Source: Candidatus Poribacteria bacterium
GTDB lineage: Bacteria > Poribacteria > WGA-4E > WGA-3G
NCBI GenBank assembly: GCA_965205025.1
Contig: CBDBFU010000002.1
Location: 288,001-352,000, forward strand
Length of the DNA stretch: 64,000 nt
Direction of reading: 5' to 3'
Below the pieces are notes generated by a model. That model saw only the letters and a list, made by a program, of their open reading frames with translations, made no database searches and had not been told where the DNA came from. Within the stretch, counting starts at the first letter, position 1. Each line of letters starts with the position of its first letter. The translations under genes and the position numbers were made by a program. Shown piece after piece: positions 10,100 to 20,237 of this stretch.

Positions 10100-11197
10100 T
10101 TATTTAATCACAGGAACTTTTCGCCATCCCTGTCCTTCAGTAAATTCTCTTACGCTTAGACACCAGACGACAACCCGTTTTCCTTTCATATTATCTTGTC
10201 TTCGAAATAGATTCAAACGTGATGGTGTTGCCCCTGAACCACGTACTGCGACCACATCCACGGGAAATCCAAATTGATACGCAAGATGGTCGGGTAGTCC
10301 TGCCCCTTGTGCATGCATACCACTTCCGGCATGGAAAACAAGATTATGGCTATCCCCTAATAATACAACCGGACTTTCCCGCCACGATTTGCCAAACGGT
10401 TGCATTGAAGTGGTTGCTTCTCCATCAATCCTAACAAAGGTGAGTTGTAATTGTTCTTTGGGTTGGTCCGTATTCCCAAGTTCTCTCCAAAGGTCTCCCG
10501 TTATTTCAACGTTACGGGTTTCAAGTAATGCCTTCCGTTTTGGAATCTCATCCATCCACGAGGGGGTACCGATATGTGTTGCTATAGCCTTCGCTGCCAA
10601 CACACAGGCTTCACCAGACCAATGCGTATCTTGTTTGCAGTACAACGGGTTTGAGTTTGTATTTCGATATTCTAAGAAAAGATCGGTTAGGTCTAAGACG
10701 TTCACCCCCTGTATTCGTAAGATCTCATAGAATTTCTGGAGTTGTTTATCTGTACGTTTTGTCGTTGTATGTTCCGAGATCATCTCCGGATAGATTGTGG
10801 CTTTTGCAGGTATAGGAACGAAAATCAACTCAATTCCAGCAGTGTCCAGTTGTTTCTTGAAATCTAAGATTGCAGGAAGTGGGTCTGCATACTCTGGATT
10901 GGATGCTCTACTTACCTTCATTGCTGCGTCACCCCAAAAATCACCAACGCTGATGCTTCGCAGCTCAGAAACAAAGAACAACCATCCATCTTTTGCAGAT
11001 ACCACAGATGTTTTTTGCGTCTCTGCTTGCCTAACTTTTTCTGCTAAGGATTGAATGAAAATATTTTCTGCTACACCCGTAGGTGTATTATACAAGCATA
11101 AACCAACAGTAAGTATTAGGGAAAGCAAACATAAAGGTATATTTCTTCTGTGAGTGTATATCACTGTATCTCTCCCCAATAGATATCTAATAACCAT
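10100..11197 (-). CDS. AlgX/AlgJ-family SGNH polysaccharide O-acetyltransferase
   Basis: KDGWLF, VPIPAKATIYPE, DTHWS, GDL, VLLGDSH; true start may be downstream of 11197. Confidence 0.82.
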   Translation of the reverse strand: MVIRYLLGRDTVIYTHRRNIPLCLLSLILTVGLCLYNTPTGVAENIFIQSLAEKVRQAETQKTSVVSAKDGWLFFVSELRSISVGDFWGDAAMKVSRASNPEYADPLPAILDFKKQLDTAGIELIFVPIPAKATIYPEMISEHTTTKRTDKQLQKFYEILRIQGVNVLDLTDLFLEYRNTNSNPLYCKQDTHWSGEACVLAAKAIATHIGTPSWMDEIPKRKALLETRNVEITGDLWRELGNTDQPKEQLQLTFVRIDGEATTSMQPFGKSWRESPVVLLGDSHNLVFHAGSGMHAQGAGLPDHLAYQFGFPVDVVAVRGSGATPSRLNLFRRQDNMKGKRVVVWCLSVREFTEGQGWRKVPVIK

Positions 11198-12720
11198 GTC
11201 TCCTCATTATCTAATTCTATACGATTGTAGCTGCCATAATCTGCTTCTACCGAATTCCACGATTGTAGATTTAGCTTTATATTCTGTCCAACCTTATATT
11301 TCGTGGCTTCCGTCCATTTGTTTTCACGCATACCCCACATGAATACGACTATTTCATCGGGTAGGTCTGGAGTCTTTATATTCCCAAGATGAAACGCTAT
11401 GATGCATTCTGTATATGGTACACTCCCTGGAATCGGTGGTTCAGTCTTGTCTATTACGGATGCGGTTATAGTAATACCCGTTGTTGATTGTACTGGACTT
11501 TCACTGTTATCTGCTGAAGTAGGTTGTACCTTTGGTACAGATAGAATCTTCCAGTCTCCAGAATACAACTCTCTCGCTGCGAACTGATAAATAAGAACAC
11601 GTTTACCATTAATCCGTTCAGGTTGCTTTATTAACGCTTGTCGGGTTGCAAGGGCACCACCTGCATTATTAACAATTTTATCAATTGACCGTGAGAGTTG
11701 TGCACTGAGATGCTCTACGAATCCTGCTGATTCTCCCCATCCCATTCCTGAAAGGGAGTATATATTACTGAAGCTATCTCCGAGAAATAGTATTTCTGCT
11801 TTACGGTTTGGTTGCCAAAGTTCTCCAGTATAATCCTTGATAATATGAGATGTTATACGTTCTGATGGAAGTATATTTTGGAGTTCTGGTAGCTTCAGCA
11901 TTTTGGCTATATCACCAATGTTTTCGATTTCAACTATCGCTTTGGTGTAAGTAGTGTTTGGGTCATTAACAAATTCTATCCGTTCATTAATGAATAAGGC
12001 AAGATCTTTTGCAACCCGTTCCATCGCTTCAGGTTTCCAATGTGTATCCGTTCTTAGATACTGTGGATTCTCCTTTTTAGCCTCATAAAGCAGCGAAGAT
12101 GGATCATAGACAATTACCCCTTGTGATATAAGTGTTTCAATAAGTTCTGTGTAAAACGGATTGTGTATAGGGGTTTTTACCTCTTTATATCGTCGGGAAA
12201 ATCGTTCGGGATGAATCGTTGGTTTTACGGGTATTGGTACAACGATTAGTGTTATATTCTGTACTTCTAATTGCTGTTTTAAATCGAGAAGTGTTTTTAG
12301 AGCATCGTTGTATTTACTATGATCCGAATTATCATTGATACCAATTACAGCGTCTATATCGGCACGATAAAACAACCAACCTTCTTTACCAATATAGGCT
12401 TGTTCATTACCCATGTTGAATAGACTTGTGAAAGTTGTCTGGACAATTGGCAGGAACAAATTGGAGAGTATTGCCTTTTCCTCTAATGTATGCTCAAATT
12501 TCTCAAATGCTTCACGTCGTGGATTCGACACTAATTCACCGACTTGGAATACCTGTGGAAACTTGTGCTTCAGTATTTCAGATGTAAACTGACAGATCGG
12601 TACAGATAGCAGTATGATACAGAAGATAACAAGGTTTACTATACACACATTCTGTTTTATATGTGTACTTTCAAGATCTTTTTTGGCTGTATTTCGACGA
12701 TGTTCGGCTAAGTTTCGCAT
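11161..12720 (-). CDS. AlgJ-like membrane-anchored O-acetyltransferase with an extra C-terminal beta domain
   Basis: GKEGWLFY, PIPVKPTIHPE, RTDTHW, FLGDSFS. Confidence 0.82.
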   Translation of the reverse strand: MRNLAEHRRNTAKKDLESTHIKQNVCIVNLVIFCIILLSVPICQFTSEILKHKFPQVFQVGELVSNPRREAFEKFEHTLEEKAILSNLFLPIVQTTFTSLFNMGNEQAYIGKEGWLFYRADIDAVIGINDNSDHSKYNDALKTLLDLKQQLEVQNITLIVVPIPVKPTIHPERFSRRYKEVKTPIHNPFYTELIETLISQGVIVYDPSSLLYEAKKENPQYLRTDTHWKPEAMERVAKDLALFINERIEFVNDPNTTYTKAIVEIENIGDIAKMLKLPELQNILPSERITSHIIKDYTGELWQPNRKAEILFLGDSFSNIYSLSGMGWGESAGFVEHLSAQLSRSIDKIVNNAGGALATRQALIKQPERINGKRVLIYQFAARELYSGDWKILSVPKVQPTSADNSESPVQSTTGITITASVIDKTEPPIPGSVPYTECIIAFHLGNIKTPDLPDEIVVFMWGMRENKWTEATKYKVGQNIKLNLQSWNSVEADYGSYNRIELDNEETWLLDIYWGEIQ

Positions 12721-12722
12721 AA

Positions 12723-14126
12723 TTAGAATATAAAATAGATAAACGGATTATAGGTTTGTGTTGACATAACAGCAAGGGAGAGAAAGAAAAGTAATAGACA
12801 TATACCCATTCTAATTGGTGTGAGTCGTTGTGTCCACTCCCAAGTCTGCGGACAACTCCAAATAATAATTCCTGCGACACACATCGTCAAAAGATAGTAA
12901 GGTTGATACAGTATACCTGCAATTAGATCGGTTGATTCTGGTACATTCACACTGCTAAACATAGAACGTAGATGTGTGATAGCATGAGGTAAATTGCTTG
13001 CTCGGAAGAAAACCCATGTGATAAGTATAAGTAGAAAGGTTGCTACAACACGTAGGAGTTTCGGTAAGGATGAATAGTAGGTTGTCTTTCCACGATTCCG
13101 TTCAAGCGCAAGCATACCGCCATGAATTGCTCCCCATATCACGAAGTTCCACGATGCCCCGTGCCATAAACCACCCAGCAGCATGACAAGTGCTAAATTA
13201 ATATAGGTACGGGATTGACCACGACGATTTCCACCGAGTGGGATGTATAAGTAGTCTCGCAACCAACTGGAGAGTGATATATGCCATGTACGCCAAAAAT
13301 CGGTTACTGATTCAGATTTATATGGAGCATCGAAGTTTTTGGGAAAGGTAAATCCGAGCATGAGTCCTAAGCCTATAGCCATATCGGAATAACCGCTAAA
13401 ATCGAAGTATATTTGAAATGCGTAAGCAAGGGTGCCATACCATGCATCAAGTGTGTTGACTATTCCCGCGTCAAAAACTGTGTCAGCACATTTACCGCAG
13501 GGGTTTGCGAGGAGAATCTTCTTTGCCATACCCATTGCGAAAAATGCAATACCACGTGCGAATTTCTGGAGTGTATGCGTACGATGTCTTAGCTGATCGT
13601 CTATTTCTGAAAAACGTATTATTGGTCCGGCAACGAGTTGCGGGAACATGGATACATAACAAGCAAAATCTATAAAATTGTGTATTGCTTTTCCATCACC
13701 ACGGTACACATCAATTGTATAACTCATCGATTGGAATGTATAGAAACTTATGCCGAGAGGCAGTGCAACTTGCAGGACACTTTCCCATATAGGCAGACCT
13801 AACCAATCAAGCAGAACATTGAAATTTGAGATGCCGAAATTGAAGTATTTGAAGAAACCTAAGAGAGATAGATTCGAACAGATGGAAACCGTCAAGGCAA
13901 GTTTGCGATTACGGTTATATTCGCTACCTGAAATGATCCGACCACAAGTATAATCAATCAGTGTTGAGGCAAACATGAGTAGCACAAATGGTGGATGTGC
14001 CCAACCATAAAACAGATAACTGAGGAACGTCAAGCCAAGATGTTTGGCTTTGCGGGGAAGTAGATAGTAAACAAGTAGTGCAAAGGGTAGGAAATAGTAG
14101 ACGAATATATGCGAACTGAATACCAT
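12723..14126 (-). CDS. algI: MBOAT family O-acyltransferase (AlgI-like)
   Basis: LPLGISFYTFQ, FPQLVAGPI, QIYFDFSGYSDMAIG, FWRTWHISLS, GLWHGA. Confidence 0.92.
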   Translation of the reverse strand: MVFSSHIFVYYFLPFALLVYYLLPRKAKHLGLTFLSYLFYGWAHPPFVLLMFASTLIDYTCGRIISGSEYNRNRKLALTVSICSNLSLLGFFKYFNFGISNFNVLLDWLGLPIWESVLQVALPLGISFYTFQSMSYTIDVYRGDGKAIHNFIDFACYVSMFPQLVAGPIIRFSEIDDQLRHRTHTLQKFARGIAFFAMGMAKKILLANPCGKCADTVFDAGIVNTLDAWYGTLAYAFQIYFDFSGYSDMAIGLGLMLGFTFPKNFDAPYKSESVTDFWRTWHISLSSWLRDYLYIPLGGNRRGQSRTYINLALVMLLGGLWHGASWNFVIWGAIHGGMLALERNRGKTTYYSSLPKLLRVVATFLLILITWVFFRASNLPHAITHLRSMFSSVNVPESTDLIAGILYQPYYLLTMCVAGIIIWSCPQTWEWTQRLTPIRMGICLLLFFLSLAVMSTQTYNPFIYFIF

Positions 14127-14221
14127 TTAATTTGCAGATTTATGTAATGACAGAGGGGTATATGATGTTGGTCTGGTATTGATCGTTACCAGTAAGAGTT
14201 AAGACTTGGTGTTCCTCGTTG

Positions 14222-15913
14222 TTATTTAGAATGACGTTTTCTGACTTCTTCGAGTTTAAGGGTTAATTTTGTAGCACCTTGTGCATTCAGGTGATCAAGA
14301 TCTTTGAACATTTCTGGAGTGAAATCGTGATATCCACCTTGAAGCAGATCAACAAAAACAAAGTCCGGTAATGTTCTCTGAAGTCGTTTTAATCGGTCAA
14401 CCAGTTCACGATAACCTTCTTGTGTTGTTCCATCATCATCTACAAGGCGTTCTCCTTGTATTATTGGATGTATAGGGGAGAAATAAATTAACACCTTCAC
14501 ACCTTGTTCGTTTAATGAGGAAATCATTGATGTTAGGTTCATCCATCTTTCTTCAGAGATTTCCCAATCCCTGTCAGAATTTATCTTTTTTGGGTCTTGC
14601 CAAATCTCGTTCTTATATTCCCATCCCCATGGACGTTCAGACCAGTATGCCGACACATAGGGTATTGAAGAAATATCGTCAATCGTCTTTTTCTCGTTTG
14701 GGTTATCGGAACGATCCCAAAGTGTTTGCTCGTGTTTCTGATCAAATTTGAAACCGTCGCTTCTTCTCAATCTCTTCTCGGATGCTTTTTTGAAATGTCT
14801 GTTAACAACTCTCGGTGACATCTGATAAACCAACCACTCCAAGTTAGGAAGTTTCATCAAATATTCCTCAACAATAAGTCTCTGTACCTCTAAAGATCCT
14901 CCAGAAATTGCCAGGTTGTATGCCACTGGTATCCTAAGGTTTTCATCACCGTAAAAGAGTTCGGTTTTAACACCACATTCACACCGGGAATCGCCTAATG
15001 CGACAAGTTTCAATTGGTTTTTCAATTGCCAAAAGACAGGCATCTTTTCGGACAAAATAGAATCGTAGTCAAATCGGTCATCCAAAGTTTCATCTTCAAG
15101 TATCTTTTGTCCAACATCGTGGTAGAGTGGTATATCTGGATCTAATTCCAGCGTATCACTCGTATATATGCTCTCAAGCTCTTTGAACTGTTTGTATGGA
15201 TAGAGTTTCAGTCTCTGCGAATCGCCTATTTCGAGTTTACCAATTGACTGTGGTTGATTGTCATAGATAGCCCAATGTGCTACTCTTAGTTTTTTACCCT
15301 TGAATTCACCATCAAGTCGCTTATCAAGTTTATATTCGTAGAAGACAAGTGCTTCCCGATACGGTGATATATCCTCAAGCGTAGGTATTTTCGATTTTGC
15401 GGTTAGTTCTACCCTAAGTTCAATTGGATCACTCTTATCTATATCTAAGAGTGTTCCGTCTGGTGCAATTTCAAGGTCAATATCTATCCCCATTTCATCT
15501 GCTTCGACTTCGTAATACAGACCTTTTCCAAGTTCTGTTTTGCGATCAACATCCTTAATTCTTAACATACCAACTTGTCGGTAGACTGTATCTTGTACAG
15601 GTATTGGCAATTCTAAGAAGGATATATTTTCTGTTATGTCTTTTTCTATAAACGTGCCATCTGGTGTGATCTGCAGTTCGAATCTAATTCTATCGTCTTC
15701 AGCTTCTACGTCATAATATATCTCGTCATCGTCCTTTTCTCTATCAACATCGTCAATGGGTACATCTCCGATGACACGTAGTGCTATCTCTTGAATAGAT
15801 TTTGGCAGTTCGTCAAATTCAATGTCTTTGGAGAATCCGTTTGGGGTAAGTAGCAAGTGGGTAATTGTAAAAAGCAGTAGTAGCGTCAAGGTGTTGTTTT
15901 GTGTTTTGTTCAT
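14222..15913 (-). CDS. Secreted protein with PepSY-like repeats, a beta domain and a C-terminal SGNH-like hydrolase
   Basis: Signal peptide; two PepSY-like repeats (ELPKSIQ..YDVE..ITPDG / ELPIPVQ..YEVE..IAPDG); ALGDSR ... DLDHLNAQGA (GDS / DxxH). Confidence 0.6.
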   Translation of the reverse strand: MNKTQNNTLTLLLLFTITHLLLTPNGFSKDIEFDELPKSIQEIALRVIGDVPIDDVDREKDDDEIYYDVEAEDDRIRFELQITPDGTFIEKDITENISFLELPIPVQDTVYRQVGMLRIKDVDRKTELGKGLYYEVEADEMGIDIDLEIAPDGTLLDIDKSDPIELRVELTAKSKIPTLEDISPYREALVFYEYKLDKRLDGEFKGKKLRVAHWAIYDNQPQSIGKLEIGDSQRLKLYPYKQFKELESIYTSDTLELDPDIPLYHDVGQKILEDETLDDRFDYDSILSEKMPVFWQLKNQLKLVALGDSRCECGVKTELFYGDENLRIPVAYNLAISGGSLEVQRLIVEEYLMKLPNLEWLVYQMSPRVVNRHFKKASEKRLRRSDGFKFDQKHEQTLWDRSDNPNEKKTIDDISSIPYVSAYWSERPWGWEYKNEIWQDPKKINSDRDWEISEERWMNLTSMISSLNEQGVKVLIYFSPIHPIIQGERLVDDDGTTQEGYRELVDRLKRLQRTLPDFVFVDLLQGGYHDFTPEMFKDLDHLNAQGATKLTLKLEEVRKRHSK

Positions 15914-15931
15914 AGTTGGATCTTGTGTAGA

Positions 15932-16789
15932 TTAAACTAAGTTTGGTAAGTTCAGTTGAAAGATGAGAAATTCTCCGTTAAAGAGATGTTGGAGTTTAAA
16001 TATCTCCATTTGATCAAACAATTCTGAGCAATTCATTTCTTCAAAAGCAATTCTCATTTTATTTTGTTCTCGATTTTTCTCTATTTCATCATGACAAGGT
16101 ACGGCAAAGTTTAATGTGTTGTGTCCTATCTGAGCATACTCATTTTGATTAAGTATGTTTGCCCCCGCCTTAACTTCGGTCATAATCCGAAAACGTAATC
16201 TTACTGAGGCATCGTCAACATTTCTTGTTCGACTAAAAGTATGCTGTTCACTGAAAATTCTTAACAATTTCTGTCTCATTGAACCTGATAATGATTCTCC
16301 AATTTCATTTAAACGTTCCTCTAATGCCTGACCGAATGATTCCGAAATCAAAGTTTCAACAGGCACAGTTTCAAAAAACTTCCCATGTGTCAAGCATACT
16401 TTTATATTTGACTGTTTTCTACCCCGAATCAAATAGAAAACTTGACGGATTGGTACAGAAAGTATGTTGTCACCTGATTCTTCCATTTGCGTTCGGATAG
16501 TATTTTCTTGACCTTCTATTAGTATTTCTATTTCTTTTTCACCCGTTGGAATAGTTGAATTAAACGAAGAAACGGAATAACTTTTGCTGTCTTTGAGTTC
16601 AATCAATTCCCCGCCAGTAAACTGAAGGTCGTTCTTATTGAGTCTAACAGCTAAATCAGGAAATTTACCCTTGTTAATACAAGAAAGCATTTGTTCATCA
16701 AATGGGAAATTTTCCAGTTTATTTTCACCAAGGAATTCCGATTTCTTTAAACACAAATGAACAAAGAAGTGGTAAATTGAGAACGCCAT
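15932..16789 (-). CDS. Putative type II restriction endonuclease (PD-(D/E)xK)
   Basis: FPDLA...IELKDSK motif; starts immediately after the stop of a DNA methyltransferase. Confidence 0.6.
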   Translation of the reverse strand: MAFSIYHFFVHLCLKKSEFLGENKLENFPFDEQMLSCINKGKFPDLAVRLNKNDLQFTGGELIELKDSKSYSVSSFNSTIPTGEKEIEILIEGQENTIRTQMEESGDNILSVPIRQVFYLIRGRKQSNIKVCLTHGKFFETVPVETLISESFGQALEERLNEIGESLSGSMRQKLLRIFSEQHTFSRTRNVDDASVRLRFRIMTEVKAGANILNQNEYAQIGHNTLNFAVPCHDEIEKNREQNKMRIAFEEMNCSELFDQMEIFKLQHLFNGEFLIFQLNLPNLV

Positions 16790-17725
16790 TTATCGTTTTG
16801 ATTCGAAAAGTGACATCTGATCTGATCTTGGTGTCTTGGAAGTAGTTGATATTTTCGTTAGTGAGGATTGTCCCCAAATGGCATCTAAGTCTGGTGTGCA
16901 GGCGTAATCCTTGAGAAATCGGGAGACGTCATCGGCTTTTCTCTGTCCGGATAATCTGTTTTGAATGATTTCAACATTGGTTGCATCAATTTCAACGCCA
17001 ATTGATTTTCGACCTAATTGTTGTGAAACAACCAATGTTGTCCCTGATCCAGCAAACGGATCAAGTACGACATCACCAGGATTTGTTGAAGAAAGGATAA
17101 TTCGAAGTAAGAGTTGTATCGGTGTCTGCTGTTTGTGTAAGCGATTTCCCTCTGCATCCCGTAATGCTTCATCTCCTGCATAATAACCTGATGTCAATTC
17201 ACGTATATCCTCCCATACGTCAGTTACATACATCCCATTTTCACGTTCGTGTTTATACCCTGCTGGCAAGGGTGGATCTATCCGTAGACGATTAAATACA
17301 CGGGGTTGCTTCCCTTTCGTTGCGAACCCAATTATCTGATAGTGTTTTCCAAAACGTTTCATCCCAGGGACGGCAGATGTTTTCTTCTTCCATATTATAA
17401 GATTTTGAAAAGTCCATCCCGTATCGGCTAAGCATCCGAGAACATATTCTGTATTCTTCTCACGTTGCATGAAATAGATTGCCCCACCTTCAGATGTTAA
17501 CGCATACACTTTAGCGCAAATATCGCTCATCCAATCCCAATACTCATTTGGGGGCAGGTTGTCATCCCACGCATTATATGCTTTATCTTGATTGAAGGGT
17601 GGATCAAGAAAGGATAGGTCTATTTTCTCAGCAATGTTGTCTACGTGCAAGGCATCCGCACAACTTTCATGAATAAGGATTGAATTTTCGCTAAAAGAGT
17701 TCACTTTGTACCTTGTACTTACCAC
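16790..17725 (-). CDS. Site-specific DNA methyltransferase (N4-C/N6-A, beta class)
   Basis: Catalytic DPPF precedes SAM-binding VLDPFAGSGTT. Confidence 0.92.
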   Translation of the reverse strand: MVSTRYKVNSFSENSILIHESCADALHVDNIAEKIDLSFLDPPFNQDKAYNAWDDNLPPNEYWDWMSDICAKVYALTSEGGAIYFMQREKNTEYVLGCLADTGWTFQNLIIWKKKTSAVPGMKRFGKHYQIIGFATKGKQPRVFNRLRIDPPLPAGYKHERENGMYVTDVWEDIRELTSGYYAGDEALRDAEGNRLHKQQTPIQLLLRIILSSTNPGDVVLDPFAGSGTTLVVSQQLGRKSIGVEIDATNVEIIQNRLSGQRKADDVSRFLKDYACTPDLDAIWGQSSLTKISTTSKTPRSDQMSLFESKR

Positions 17726-17807
17726 CTTTTTCAGGTGATAGTCATACCCACAGTAAGGTGATTCATTGAAACCGATTTACCAAGGGAATAGACTAACAAC
17801 CTTGTTA

Positions 17808-18302
17808 TTATACGGTGTAGTTTTTAACGACATCGTCATCAAGATTTTCTAAGATATCTTTGGTATCAACATCTTTGTCTTTATCTCTTTTGACTTCTGC
17901 CTCAAGGAAACCGTTTTCTTCGATGACATCCTCATCAACAAAGATAGGAGCATCACATCGGAGTGCAAGAGCAAAGGCGTCACTGGGGCGTGAATCAATT
18001 TCGTATTCTTCCCCGTTCAATTCAAGTGTTACCTTTGCATAAAAGGTAGTTTTTTCAAATGCGTTAACACAGATAGATTGCACCTTACCTGAAATAGTGT
18101 CAATAACGTTTTTGAGTAGATCGTGTGTCATAGGTCGTGGCATAGGAACATTCTTGAGTTGATTATCAATTGCCCATGCTTCCGATTCACCGATCCATAT
18201 TAGCAATATGCGTTTGGAATCGCCTTCTGTTTCTTTTAATATGACGACCGGTGCGCCAGTATTGCTATCAATGGTAAGAACTTCAATCTTCACTTCAACC
18301 AT
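17808..18302 (-). CDS. Bifunctional nuclease family (DUF151) protein, copy 1
   Basis: LIWIGESEA, PRPMTHDL, IDSRPSDAFALALR. Confidence 0.9.
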   Translation of the reverse strand: MVEVKIEVLTIDSNTGAPVVILKETEGDSKRILLIWIGESEAWAIDNQLKNVPMPRPMTHDLLKNVIDTISGKVQSICVNAFEKTTFYAKVTLELNGEEYEIDSRPSDAFALALRCDAPIFVDEDVIEENGFLEAEVKRDKDKDVDTKDILENLDDDVVKNYTV

Positions 18303-18336
18303 GTTATTACTCCTTTACTATGAATCCGTATTAAAA

Positions 18337-18774
18337 TTAAGATTCATTTTTTATATTTTTCTCCACTTCCGATGCCGAGAATCCGTTTTGTTCAAGCACA
18401 ACCTCATCAATATAGATTGGCACATCACATCTTAGAGCGAGAGCGATTGCGTCACTCGGTCGAGAATCAATAACTATTTCTTCACCGTCCGATTTGAGTT
18501 TCAGCGTTGCATAAAAGGTTGATTTTTCAAAGGCATTGATATAAATAGCGGTTACCGTTGCCGAAAGTGCCTCTACAATATTCTTCATAAGATCGTGTGT
18601 CATCGGCCGCGGCATAGGAACATTCTTGAGTTGACTATCAATCGCAGATGCTTCCGATTCACCGATCCATATTAATAAGAGTCGTTTTGATTCACTTTCT
18701 TTTTCTTCTAAGATAAGAACGGGAGTATTTGAACCACTACCAGTGGTAATAGATGCCGGTTTCATTTCTACCAT
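18337..18774 (-). CDS. Bifunctional nuclease family (DUF151) protein, copy 2
   Basis: LIWIGESEA, PRPMTHDL, IDSRPSDAIALALR. Confidence 0.9.
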   Translation of the reverse strand: MVEMKPASITTGSGSNTPVLILEEKESESKRLLLIWIGESEASAIDSQLKNVPMPRPMTHDLMKNIVEALSATVTAIYINAFEKSTFYATLKLKSDGEEIVIDSRPSDAIALALRCDVPIYIDEVVLEQNGFSASEVEKNIKNES

Positions 18775-18781
18775 AATATAG

Positions 18782-18889
18782 TCACTCTTTCTCTTCTAAA
18801 ATGTATCCGTTTTCTTCTATGACACTGTCTTCCACATAGATTGGCACGTCATATCGGAGTGCCATTGCAATTCCTTCGCTGGGGCGTAA
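18782..18889 (-). pseudogene. C-terminal remnant of a third DUF151 paralog
   Basis: Translates as LRPSEGIAMALRYDVPIYVEDSVIEENGYILEEKE*; no open N-terminal part upstream. Confidence 0.8.
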
Positions 18890-18896
18890 ACAATAT

Positions 18897-19523
18897 CTAC
18901 AGGGATGGTTCGGATTCCGATTCTACTCGTTTTACATCAAATATACGTTCGACAGGATCATAGTCTAAAAAGGTAATTTTATCTCCTTTTGATGGATTTG
19001 GTTCACCTACCTTGACACGACAATTAACAGTTATCGTTTGACCATTCGGCATCTCAACTTGTGCAGTGCCACCGTTCTGTGTGATATGATCGCTGGTTAC
19101 GTTCCCTTGTAGACCGAGTAGTTTTGGATCTTCAGATGTATCCACAGTATCGGTATTAGAGAATAGTTTTGTAAACGTCAACAGGAGATATCGCGTTCCG
19201 ATCACACTTGTTATAAATGCTATGATGATGGATGCACCGAAAGTTCCACTCGAAACGGTTTCGATGTTCAAAAGTTTATTCGCTATTAATCCAGCAAATC
19301 CCCATGTTATCATCAATGTTATCAATACTATCTTGAAGGATACCTCGGTAGCATTCAAGAATCTTAATATTACGGATACATGAGTTTTGGATTTCGTATC
19401 AACATCCCGATGCCAAATAAGTGTAATAATACGCCAAATAATCGCATACAGGAATACTACAGCTATAGGAAAAGTGTAGCAGATATTATGTGGTACAGTC
19501 AGGTATGTCCAGAATGTGTCCAT
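18897..19523 (-). CDS. YqiJ/NfeD-like membrane protein with a C-terminal OB fold
   Basis: Three TM segments followed by LLGLQGNVTS..GTAQV..CRV..KGDKI..YD. Confidence 0.55.
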   Translation of the reverse strand: MDTFWTYLTVPHNICYTFPIAVVFLYAIIWRIITLIWHRDVDTKSKTHVSVILRFLNATEVSFKIVLITLMITWGFAGLIANKLLNIETVSSGTFGASIIIAFITSVIGTRYLLLTFTKLFSNTDTVDTSEDPKLLGLQGNVTSDHITQNGGTAQVEMPNGQTITVNCRVKVGEPNPSKGDKITFLDYDPVERIFDVKRVESESEPSL

Positions 19524-19524
19524 T

Positions 19525-19977
19525 TTAGTTTTGTATCTGTTGTGCGATTAATGTATGTGCGCGCCGTGCCTCCCGGTAACTCATATTGTCGATGCAGTAC
19601 ATATTACGTTTAACGTTTATTTCCAATCGTGCTTGTCCTAAAATCCTATGTTTTAAGAATCTGGCTAAATTGACGGTGTTGATATCACTAAAAGGCAGAT
19701 TACATCGTACATTTGCGTATGAAACAGCGAGGCTTCCCATATATTTTTCGTCTAATATTAGGACACGCCGGTTTGTAATCAGTACAAAATCTGGATGTAA
19801 TAGTGATGAACGTCCCAAAACACATAAGCAGATCTGTTCATCCGGTTGTAATTCTGCTTTTGCGATCTGTTGTATGCGGTTTGGTAGACTGTCGAAATCC
19901 ACCATTGTGCTTACACCTTGCGATAGTAAAATGTGTAATATGAAATCCGCCGATAGACGGTTTATAGGTTGTGTCAA
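19525..19977 (-). CDS. Bacterial PH-domain-like protein (start probably at MVDFDSL)
   Basis: LQPDEQI, VLITNRRVLIL, LPFSDINTV pattern. Confidence 0.55.
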   Translation of the reverse strand: MTQPINRLSADFILHILLSQGVSTMVDFDSLPNRIQQIAKAELQPDEQICLCVLGRSSLLHPDFVLITNRRVLILDEKYMGSLAVSYANVRCNLPFSDINTVNLARFLKHRILGQARLEINVKRNMYCIDNMSYREARRAHTLIAQQIQN

Positions 19978-20019
19978 TCGGCGGAACTACGGTATTATCC
20001 AATAAGTTGTTATTCGTAT

Positions 20020-20160
20020 TACCGCAAACTAAATGAAGATTTATTTTTTTATTCGGCAATTCTAATTACCTCAGACCCGGTAGGTGCGGTTTCCTAACCG
20101 CACCGAATTTCTCAGCAAAATTACCGATATATTTATTTTATCTTCATACAGTTTACGGTA
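20020..20160. mobile_element. MITE-like element containing a GTAG-REP palindrome
   Basis: Terminal IRs TACCGCAAACTAAATGAAGAT / ATCTTCATACAGTTTACGGTA; related copy at 60597-60764. Confidence 0.6.
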
Positions 20161-20237
20161 CGAATAGAAGAATCAAAAATCGGAGTTTCCTCCTACAGAA
20201 CATGTATTGTCCGATAATGATCAGTCAAAGATCATGA

